Source: Dokdonella sp. (GTDB lineage: Bacteria; Pseudomonadota; Gammaproteobacteria; Xanthomonadales; Rhodanobacteraceae). Taken from it: a DNA stretch of 64,000 nt. Below the pieces are notes generated by a model that worked only from the letters and a program-made list of their open reading frames with translations, made no database searches and was not told where the DNA came from. Shown here piece by piece: positions 29,645 through 41,551 of this stretch (the first letter of the stretch is position 1; each line of letters opens with the position of its first letter). Both the position numbers and the translations under genes were made by a program. The DNA lies in the NCBI RefSeq assembly GCF_019634815.1, contig NZ_JAHCAP010000007.1:29194-93193 (forward strand). Direction: 5' to 3'.

Positions 29645-30187
29645 TCAGGCGGCCTTGACCACGATCGTGTCGGCAATCAGGTCATGCAGGCAGCGACGGT
29701 CCTCGCGGAAGATCATCAGCGGATCGCCGAGTGAAAACAACCAGCCAACGAGCGGAATCGCGCCGAGCAGGCCCACCGGCAGGCCGCGCGCGAAAATCAC
29801 TCGCAGCAAACTGCAGCGATCGCCATTGCTGCGCACGATGCGCACCTTGAGCAAGCGCTTGCCCAGCGTCTGACCGTAGCGATGCAGCCAGATGCAGTTG
29901 AGGACGATCAGGCCCACCACATAGACAAGGAAGACCAGGCCGATGCCACCCAGCAGGAACTCCGAGGGCCCACCCTCATCGGAACCACCTTGCGAAAACG
30001 CGAATGCCGGAGCCAGCACCGCCACCACAATCGCGGGAACCGCGTAGCTGGCGCCATCGATGATGGCCGCTCCCAGGCGCGTGACGCGCTCGGCAAGTTC
30101 CTGACTTTCCACACCAATCCCCGGATCGATCCGGGCGGTGGGTGCGGCGTAAGGGTTGGCTGAGGACGAGGGGTTGGGTGTTGACAT
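29645..30187 (-). CDS. Second RDD family membrane protein
   Basis: NPYAAP, RLGAAIID, GQTLGKRLLKVRIV, RCLHDLIADTIVV. Confidence 0.85.
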   Translation of the reverse strand: MSTPNPSSSANPYAAPTARIDPGIGVESQELAERVTRLGAAIIDGASYAVPAIVVAVLAPAFAFSQGGSDEGGPSEFLLGGIGLVFLVYVVGLIVLNCIWLHRYGQTLGKRLLKVRIVRSNGDRCSLLRVIFARGLPVGLLGAIPLVGWLFSLGDPLMIFREDRRCLHDLIADTIVVKAA

Positions 30188-30386
30188 GAGATCCGGTCTC
30201 CCGTTCGCGGATGGGCATCGAACTGAACGATAACGGCCATTCAGCTAGCTGACTCTATCAGGAACACCGCCGCGACCCGACGGGATCCGGGCAACGGACC
30301 GCAAAGCGCGCGCTGGCGCGCTCCCATTCGGTTTTCGGCCCCTGGATCGCCAGACGACCCCTGTCTTCAGTCATGGGGACATTCCC

Positions 30387-30426
30387 TTGACGCGACCAAA
30401 TATGGTGTTATAGTTGACTACAACAC
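30387..30426 (+). promoter_or_regulatory. Sigma-70 promoter overlapped by a GntR/YtrA-type operator
   Basis: TTGACG (30387-30392)-N16-TATAGT (30409-30414) with extended TG; inverted repeat GTGTTATAG-TTGA-CTACAACAC at 30405-30426. Confidence 0.75.
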
Positions 30427-30455
30427 TACTTCATCAAGCGCCGACGGAGGCGACC

Positions 30456-30866
30456 ATGTCCAAGCCCATCAGCCGCACCTACAACTTCCTCAATACCGCA
30501 GCGCGTCTGCCCAGCCGCATCCTGAACGCCTTCTACCTCGCTACAGCTGTCGCGGTGACCGGTGCGACCTTGTTTGCACTGACCCACCTGCCCAAGGTCG
30601 ACCATCCCGCGCTGAGCGCAAGCGCACATGCAAGCCGCCTGACCGACAACAGCGTCTGGCCGGGCGCCGTAACCTTGCCGACCGTGACCGTGCGCGCCAG
30701 CGATGGCCAGACGGGAACGCGCCATGCATCGAACCCGACGGCGCTGGACGCCTTGGGCAACGCGCCGGCCACTGCCGCGGCGGCGCTCTCGCGCCGTGCC
30801 AAGGCCAGTCTGGCAATGCCCTACTATTCCTTCGCCAATCCGCTGCAGGTTGCCACCGAGGAATGA
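30456..30866 (+). CDS. Small single-TM hypothetical protein leading the GntR/ABC operon
   Basis: GGAGG RBS at 30446-30450; one hydrophobic segment; VTLPTVTVRA and SLAMPYYSFA motifs; 5-nt gap to the GntR gene. Confidence 0.7.
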   Translation: MSKPISRTYNFLNTAARLPSRILNAFYLATAVAVTGATLFALTHLPKVDHPALSASAHASRLTDNSVWPGAVTLPTVTVRASDGQTGTRHASNPTALDALGNAPATAAAALSRRAKASLAMPYYSFANPLQVATEE

Positions 30867-30871
30867 ACGCA

Positions 30872-31240
30872 ATGAGCATCGCCTGGAGCGACTCGACGCC
30901 GATCTATCGCCAACTGCGCGACCGCGTGGTGGCCATGATCCTCGATGGCGTCCTCAAACCGGGTGATCCGCTGCCCTCGGTGCGACAGGTGTCCGGGGAC
31001 TTCCAGATCAACCCGATCACGGTGTCGAAGGCTTACCAGGAGCTGGTCGACGAAAACCTCGTGGAAAAACGCCGGGGACTTGGCATGTACGTCAGCGATG
31101 GCGCGCCCGAAGCGCTGCTCAAATCCGAACGTGAGCGCTTCCTGCGCGATGAATGGCCGCAACTGCGCGCACGCCTGGTCCGGCTCGGACTCGATCTCAA
31201 GCAATTGTTGGCGGATGCCGCCAAGGAAGATCACTCATGA
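30872..31240 (+). CDS. GntR-family regulator, YtrA subfamily
   Basis: PIYRQL, GDPLPSVR, INPITVSKAYQEL, KRRGLGMYV; short C-terminal helix; followed by ABC genes. Confidence 0.9.
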   Translation: MSIAWSDSTPIYRQLRDRVVAMILDGVLKPGDPLPSVRQVSGDFQINPITVSKAYQELVDENLVEKRRGLGMYVSDGAPEALLKSERERFLRDEWPQLRARLVRLGLDLKQLLADAAKEDHS

Positions 31241-32094
31241 CCACGCTCGTTCAAGCCCGCCATCTGAGCAAGGCCTACGGCACGACCAAGGCGCTCGACG
31301 ACGTGAGTTTCGACATCGAGCCGGGGCGCATCGTCGGACTGGTCGGCCCCAACGGTGCCGGCAAGACCACCGCGCTCAAGGCCATCCTCGGCCTCACCGA
31401 TTTCAGCGGCGAGCTGCAAGTCAACGGCGTCGACCCGCGCAAGGATCACCCGCGGCTGATGCAGGATGTCTGCTTCATCGCAGACGTCGCGGTACTGCCA
31501 CGCTGGCTGCGGGTGCGCGAGGCGATCGAATTTGTCGCCGCGGTACATCCGCGCTTTTCCCGCGAGAAGTGCCTGGCCTTTCTCGCCCATACCAAGATCG
31601 GCCACGGCATGCGCGTGCGCGAGTTGTCCAAGGGCATGATCGTGCAATTGCACCTGGCCCTGGTGATGGCAATCGACGCGCGCCTGCTGGTGCTCGACGA
31701 GCCAACCCTCGGTCTGGACATCCTCTATCGCAAGGCGTTCTACGAGAGCCTGCTCAACGACTACTTCGACGCCGACAAGACCATCATCGTCACCACCCAC
31801 CAGATCGAGGAAATCGAGCACATCCTCACCGACCTCATGTTCATCCGCGACGGCAGGATCGTGTTGTCGGCCAGCATGGATGCGATCGCCGAGCGCTATG
31901 TCGAAGTGATGGTCAATCCCGACAGGGCCGAGGCGGCACGGGCGCTGGCGCCGCTCAACGAGCGCCAGATTTTCGGCAAATCGATCTTCCTGTTCGACGG
32001 CGTCGACAAGGCAAAGCTGTCCGAGCTGGGTGAACTGCACAAACCCAGTGTGGCCGACCTGTTCGTCGCCACGATGAAGGGGACTTACTCATGA
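31237..32094 (+). CDS. ABC transporter ATP-binding protein
   Basis: GPNGAGKT, LSKGM, LLVLDEPTLGLD, TTHQIEE. Confidence 0.93.
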   Translation: MTTLVQARHLSKAYGTTKALDDVSFDIEPGRIVGLVGPNGAGKTTALKAILGLTDFSGELQVNGVDPRKDHPRLMQDVCFIADVAVLPRWLRVREAIEFVAAVHPRFSREKCLAFLAHTKIGHGMRVRELSKGMIVQLHLALVMAIDARLLVLDEPTLGLDILYRKAFYESLLNDYFDADKTIIVTTHQIEEIEHILTDLMFIRDGRIVLSASMDAIAERYVEVMVNPDRAEAARALAPLNERQIFGKSIFLFDGVDKAKLSELGELHKPSVADLFVATMKGTYS

Positions 32095-33068
32095 AGAACC
32101 TGCCCATCCTGCTCAAACGCGAATACTGGGAACACCGCGGTGGTTTCCTGTGGACCCCGGTGTGGGTGACCGGCGGCGTCCTGATCCTCACCGTGCTGGG
32201 CATGATCGCAGCGGAAATTTTCCGCGCCCGCGCCCAGGTGCAGCTCGGCGGCTTCTCGCTCGATGCGGTGCGCGCGAGCATCAGCGCCCATGACTATGCC
32301 AACGCCGGTCGTGCCTTCGACATCAGCCAGGTGATGCTGGGGGTGGTTCCGTGCATTGCCCTGTTCTTCGTGCTGTTCTTTTACCTGCTCGGCGCGCTCT
32401 ACGACGACCGCCGTGATCGCAGCGTGCTGTTCTGGAAATCGCTGCCGGTCAGTGATGCCGCCACGGTGGTGTCCAAGGCCGCGTCGGCGATGCTGGTGGC
32501 GCCGTTGATCGCGCTGCTCATCTCGACGCTTGCCTATCTCGTGTTCGTGGTCATCGTCGGCATCTGGTTCGCCCTGCATGGCCTCAACGTGCTGCCCGCG
32601 CTGATGGCTGCGCATCCCCTGCGTACCTTTTGGCACATGCTGCTGACGGTGCCGCTGGACGCGCTGTGGGCCCTGCCGGCGATCGGTTGGCTGCTGTTCT
32701 GGTCGGCCTGGTCACGCAGCAAGCCTTTCCTGTGGGCGGTGATGCTGCCTTTGCTGGTGATCTTCGCCAACGCCTGGATCGGCATGCTCGGCGGCCCCAG
32801 TTTCGGATCGACCAAACAGGTCGCCCACGTGACCGGCCGACTCCTGCTGAGCGTGATGCCCGGCAGCTGGCTGACCTCGGACATCTCGGTCGCCGGCGAC
32901 AGTTGGCAAGCGGCACTGCGCAGCGAAGGCAGTCCATCGATCCTGGATCCATCGCGGATGGCGGCGGTGCTCACTTCGGCCGAGCTGTGGATCGGAGTCG
33001 TGGTCGGCGCGGCGCTGATCGCTGCGGCAATCTGGGCACGTGGGCGGCGCATCGAGACTTCGGTGTGA
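32091..33068 (+). CDS. ABC-2-type permease
   Basis: LKREYWEHR, LYDDRRDRSVLFWKSLPVSD; about six hydrophobic segments; ATGA overlap with the ATPase. Confidence 0.85.
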   Translation: MKNLPILLKREYWEHRGGFLWTPVWVTGGVLILTVLGMIAAEIFRARAQVQLGGFSLDAVRASISAHDYANAGRAFDISQVMLGVVPCIALFFVLFFYLLGALYDDRRDRSVLFWKSLPVSDAATVVSKAASAMLVAPLIALLISTLAYLVFVVIVGIWFALHGLNVLPALMAAHPLRTFWHMLLTVPLDALWALPAIGWLLFWSAWSRSKPFLWAVMLPLLVIFANAWIGMLGGPSFGSTKQVAHVTGRLLLSVMPGSWLTSDISVAGDSWQAALRSEGSPSILDPSRMAAVLTSAELWIGVVVGAALIAAAIWARGRRIETSV

Positions 33069-33112
33069 ATGCTCCGATCCGATGCATCACGGGATCCGGA
33101 ACTGCATGAACG

Positions 33113-33141
33113 AAAAGGGCCGCTCACGCGGCCCTTTTTTT
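33113..33141. terminator. Bidirectional intrinsic terminator
   Basis: AAAAGGGCCGC-TCAC-GCGGCCCTTTTTTT between convergent genes. Confidence 0.88.
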
Positions 33142-33185
33142 CGCATTGGGCAGGATAGCCCGCCGCCACGCGGCAACGGCATCCC

Positions 33186-34397
33186 TCAGTGGATCGAATC
33201 ACTGATGATGCGATAACGATTGGCAGCTTCGCGCAGGATGCCTTTCTGGTTCAGATCGATCGATCCGTCCAGCCAGTAGCGCGTGAAGATGATGCCATCG
33301 CGGCGGGAGACCACGATTGCATCGCCGTCGACATTGAGCACATCGCCATTGCGCAGATCCTTGATCGACATGCTGTCGTTGATCGCATTGCCGCCATTGA
33401 CGCTCATTTCGAGCGACTTGCGCGCAGTCGAGGTCGCCGACGGCAGCTTCGCCTCGACGCGCTTCTCGGTTGCGAATTCGCGCCGCAGGGTTCCTTCGCC
33501 CTGGATCAAACCCAGCACCTGGTAGCGGTTGGTCGCGGTCTCCTTGAGCTCGCTGCGACGCAGGTCGAGGTCACCCTCGAGCCAAAAAAGCAGCGGTTTG
33601 CCTGCATCGCGCCGAACCACCGCAATCACGCCATCATCGACATACAGCGTGTCGCCGGAACGCAGCTTGTTGACAGCCAAGTTGCCCGAAGCCGCGCGTC
33701 CATCGTTGAGCGATTTTTCCATGCGCTCGCGCACTGCAGCCTCACCCGTCAGCGCGCCCGCTCCGGTCGCCTGCCCCGCCGCTGCCCTCACCCCTGCGCG
33801 ACCATTGCCATTGGCCGCAGGCGCGGTCGCAGCCGCGGCAAGCTCACGCTCCAGGCGCGCTTTCTCGGCGGCGACGCGCTCGGCCTCAAGACGCGCCTTG
33901 GCGGCTTCGGCCTCGGCTTGCACCTTGGCCGCATCGGCTTCCGCGCTGGCCTTTTCCGCTGCCGCCTTGGCGGCTTCGGCTTCAGCCTTGGCGGCTTCCG
34001 CTTCAGCCTTGGCAGCTTCGGCTTCGGCCTTGGCTTTTTCGACCTCGGCGCGGCTGCGCTGCGCTTCGATGCGCGCGCGCTCGGCAGCCGAAGGCTCCGC
34101 GGCTGCCTTGGCTGCATTCTTGTCCTCGATGCGCACCAGCACGTTTTCGTAGAAGCCATCGCGCATCACGACGTTGGCCTTGCCACCCGCACGAACCTTT
34201 GCCGCGATCCTGGCGTGCCATTCATGCGGCGCGGTAATGATCAGACGGGCGCCCGAAGCGGCAGCCTCGCGGCCAAGCTTGGACAATGTGGCGTCGGCGC
34301 TGCCGCTCTGGAAACTCGCTCCGCTGATGTCGGCGCTTTCCTGGGCAAACGCAGCCGATGCGACCAGGGCGAGGGCAAGGAAGGATTTTTTTAGCAT
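33186..34397 (-). CDS. Secreted protein with TolA-like Ala/Glu/Lys helix and two C-terminal 74-aa repeats
   Basis: Signal peptide MLKKSFLALALVASAAFA; KAEAEAA repeats; internal duplication aligned by eye. Confidence 0.8.
   Translation of the reverse strand: MLKKSFLALALVASAAFAQESADISGASFQSGSADATLSKLGREAAASGARLIITAPHEWHARIAAKVRAGGKANVVMRDGFYENVLVRIEDKNAAKAAAEPSAAERARIEAQRSRAEVEKAKAEAEAAKAEAEAAKAEAEAAKAAAEKASAEADAAKVQAEAEAAKARLEAERVAAEKARLERELAAAATAPAANGNGRAGVRAAAGQATGAGALTGEAAVRERMEKSLNDGRAASGNLAVNKLRSGDTLYVDDGVIAVVRRDAGKPLLFWLEGDLDLRRSELKETATNRYQVLGLIQGEGTLRREFATEKRVEAKLPSATSTARKSLEMSVNGGNAINDSMSIKDLRNGDVLNVDGDAIVVSRRDGIIFTRYWLDGSIDLNQKGILREAANRYRIISDSIH
33964..34034. repeat. 21-bp in-frame tandem repeat (3 copies plus partial) encoding KAEAEAA
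   Basis: GCCTTGGCGGCTTCGGCTTCA-like units at 33964, 33985 and 34006. Confidence 0.85.
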
Positions 34398-34649
34398 GAC
34401 GATTGCAACCTTGTGTTGAGCTTTCAGGCGCCGCCTTCAGTCAAGTCGACCGGCGCGACGAAATGCGCGACCCGATGGATCGCAGCTGCGTGAAGGCGTC
34501 AGGGCACGCCTTTTTGATGCGCCAATCGGGCGCAGAAGAAGCAGGCTTGTGCGCAGCCCCCGTTGGACCCGCGCGCCGCCGCGAGGGCGCCGATTATCCG
34601 GATCGAGCGCGCCCGTGCATATGCCATAGATCACATGTTGCGGTTTCGT

Positions 34650-36044
<1,395 letters not shown>

Positions 36045-36165
36045 GACTTGCGTTCGCTCTGGCAGAAAAGGAAAGAGCGGAATTATAGCGGTTTTCCCGC
36101 AGCCCCCCGGGGATCGCGGCGGGTGAATGCTAGAATCGCCCGTTCCTGCCACTGCCCTCGCGGCA

Positions 36166-38843
<2,678 letters not shown>

Positions 38844-38876
38844 ACGGGCAACGGGCGCGCGGCCCTTCGGTGCGAA

Positions 38877-40220
38877 TCAGGATTCGAAGCCATTGGCGAA
38901 AATCAGATCGCCCGCTCGCTCGATCGCGCCGATGTCGATCGTGCCCGAAGCCGCGCGCGATGTTGCGGCGCCCGGCGCAAGCTGTCCACGCACGGGCTGC
39001 CAGAGCGGTGGAAACAGCGTGCTGGGCACGGCGTATCCCGGAATCGGCTGCGGCGCCGGATCACCGGCATCGACCAGGGCGCTGGCTGCGCTCGGCGTGA
39101 GGTCGAACGCGGCAATATTGGCAAAGCCCGGATCGCTGCCCTGGATCGTCCCGCTCCACTCCGCGGGCAGATAGGTCGCGCCCGACTGCACCCAGTTGTT
39201 GCTGCCGCCGACCTGACGGCCATTGATCCAGCTCGCCTCGACCGTGCGCTCCACGCGCAGGGTGCCGCCGGCGCTCGCATACAGCACGTTGTTGTGGGCC
39301 TCGACCGCCTGGATGCCGTCGAAGATGCGGAATACAGTGACGTCCTGCCCCGAAGTGACGAGGATCGTGTTGTTGACGAAACGCGCGCGTCCGCGGCTTT
39401 CGCCCGAGCCGTCGCCGCCGACACGAATCACCGCATTGAATGCCGGGTTGCTGTGCACGATCACGTTGCCGACCACGTCGGCATCCTCACGCACCAGATC
39501 GGGCGTCCAGAGCGGATCCTGCGTTTCCTCGTCGGGACCGATCAGCTCGAGCTCGTGATAGGCCGCGCCCTCGAACCAGTTGTAGTAAACCTCGCTGCGC
39601 TCGTGCCGGCTCTTGAGCAGGTTGCCGCCGTTGCTGTCGTGAATGTAGTTGTGCTGCATGCGAAACACCGAGCCTGGATGGGCAACCTCGTCGCTCTGGA
39701 TGTAGAGCGCATGCCGGGTGGTCGCGCTGCCAGCATCGAAGACCTCGCTGTATTCCAGCGTGAAGGAACCCGAATCCAGATCGGAGCTGAGGATGCCGTG
39801 ATTGGGGCAGGCATGGATCACCGAATCGCGCACCGTGATGTCGTGGGCATGCACGAACACGCAGCGCGAACTGCCGCCAGTGATCTCGAAGCCTTCCAGC
39901 ACCACGTGGTCGGACAACTCGAACTGCACGGTATTGGTGCCGCCGGCGATATGTGGGCGCTGGCCGCCGACGCGAATACCACGGATCAACAGCGGATTGG
40001 CGGCGGTGCCGCCGGCGTCCTGCGGCACACTGAAGCTCGGATAGGTGGCATTGCCATCGACTTCGACCACATCACCCGGCTGCAGGCTAACCGCATTGAA
40101 CAACGCCGTGGGCGTCGCATAACTACGGGTCGGACCGACCTGCCAGGTCGCAGCAAGGGCAAGTCCGGGCAGGCAAGACACCAGGACGACAGACAGCACA
40201 ATCGGCAGGCGGCGCAGCAT
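38877..40220 (-). CDS. Secreted right-handed beta-helix protein with C-terminal DLIFANGFES tail
   Basis: Signal peptide MLRRLPIVLSVVLVSCLPGLALA; repeated beta-helix strands (HNYIHD, YNWF, GNVIVH, VNNTI, HNNVL); DIGAIE closing motif. Confidence 0.8.
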   Translation of the reverse strand: MLRRLPIVLSVVLVSCLPGLALAATWQVGPTRSYATPTALFNAVSLQPGDVVEVDGNATYPSFSVPQDAGGTAANPLLIRGIRVGGQRPHIAGGTNTVQFELSDHVVLEGFEITGGSSRCVFVHAHDITVRDSVIHACPNHGILSSDLDSGSFTLEYSEVFDAGSATTRHALYIQSDEVAHPGSVFRMQHNYIHDSNGGNLLKSRHERSEVYYNWFEGAAYHELELIGPDEETQDPLWTPDLVREDADVVGNVIVHSNPAFNAVIRVGGDGSGESRGRARFVNNTILVTSGQDVTVFRIFDGIQAVEAHNNVLYASAGGTLRVERTVEASWINGRQVGGSNNWVQSGATYLPAEWSGTIQGSDPGFANIAAFDLTPSAASALVDAGDPAPQPIPGYAVPSTLFPPLWQPVRGQLAPGAATSRAASGTIDIGAIERAGDLIFANGFES

Positions 40221-40375
40221 TGGGCGTTCTCCGCAGCAGGCAGGGCAGCGTCCAGTATCGATGATTGCCTGCGGCCACGCTCGGAACCGCGTCACGCAAT
40301 CACTCCTCCACAACGTCCGCGGATGTCGCTAGCGACGAGTCGTGTCACACTGATCGCCTGACGCGGGAGGCCGAC

Positions 40376-41332
40376 ATGGGCGAGGACGGATTCCACATCG
40401 AACTGGCGAACTGGGATGCCGATGGCGATGCCCTGCGCGCGGTGCGCGAGCAGGTTTTCGTGGTCGAGCAGCATGTGCCGGCGGACGAGGAAGGCGATGC
40501 GCTCGACGCCGACGCGATCCACGTGATCGCCCGCGACGGCGACGGCCGCGCGATCGGCACGGCACGCCTCACCACCACGCGCGCGATCGGGCGCATGGCC
40601 GTGCTTGAAGCATGGCGCGGCAAGGGTGTCGGCGCAGCCCTGCTGCGCACCTTGGTCGAACAGGCGCGCGCGCGCAGTTGGCCCGAGGTCGAACTCCACG
40701 CCCAGACCCACGCGCTTGCGTTCTATGCGCAGGCTGGCTTCGTGGCCGAAGGACCCGAATTCGACGAATGCGGCATTGCCCACCGGCGCATGCGACTGAC
40801 GATCGCCGCCTTCACGCCGCCGCCACCGCGTGCGCCCGAGGCGCGGCCCGCGGTGAAGACCCTCCAGAGCAGCAACCTCGAGGAGGCCTTGGCCGCGACC
40901 CTGGCCATCCTCGCCGATGCGCGCTACGAACTCGTGGTGCAGACGCGCGACCTCGATTCCGGCCTGCTCGATGACGGCGCGGTGATCGACGCATTCAAAC
41001 GCGTGGCGCTGTCGGGGCGCCGTGCACGCATCCGCATCCTCGTGCAAGAACCGCGCATGGCGATCAGCGAAGGTCATGCCCTGCTGCGCCTCGCGCAGCA
41101 GTTGCCGAGCGCGATCGCGGTACGCGTGCCCACCGAGGAGCGCGATCTGGGGGAGCCGAGCGCGATCCTGCTCAACGATCGTGGCGGCTTCCTGCTGCGC
41201 CCACTCGCCAGCCGCATGGATGGCGAAGGCAACACCTGTGCGCCGGGTCGGCACCGGCAACTGCTCGCCGGCTTCGACGAGCTGTGGGAGCGCGCCGAGC
41301 CCTGCGCCGACCTGCGCGTGCTCGGTATCTGA
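40376..41332 (+). CDS. GNAT acetyltransferase (ElaA/YjcF-like) fused to an uncharacterised C-terminal domain
   Basis: VREQVFVVEQ, IGTARL, IGRMAV..WRGKGVG, LHAQ..A..FY..GF; GGGAGG RBS before ATG 40376. Confidence 0.85.
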   Translation: MGEDGFHIELANWDADGDALRAVREQVFVVEQHVPADEEGDALDADAIHVIARDGDGRAIGTARLTTTRAIGRMAVLEAWRGKGVGAALLRTLVEQARARSWPEVELHAQTHALAFYAQAGFVAEGPEFDECGIAHRRMRLTIAAFTPPPPRAPEARPAVKTLQSSNLEEALAATLAILADARYELVVQTRDLDSGLLDDGAVIDAFKRVALSGRRARIRILVQEPRMAISEGHALLRLAQQLPSAIAVRVPTEERDLGEPSAILLNDRGGFLLRPLASRMDGEGNTCAPGRHRQLLAGFDELWERAEPCADLRVLGI

Positions 41333-41551
41333 ATCGCCATTCACGCGCGACGCAAACCTGTACCGAAGGACGCCGGCAAATTGACCGCCTTTGATCCGGA
41401 TCCAGGGCGGCAAGTGATTGTGCAAGCGCAACAAAAACCCGGCTGAGCGGCTATAATCCCGAGTCGTGCCGGTTGCGTCTTGCGCAACGGCGCCCATCGG
41501 TTCGCGGCGCGCACCGCAGCGCGCTCTTCCCCGTGCAAGAAGGCAGCCAGC

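Noticed and set aside
38878-38891. tRNA T-loop-like TTCGAATCC on the minus strand
   Set aside because: It is the coding sequence for GFES at the end of the beta-helix protein; no cloverleaf around it.
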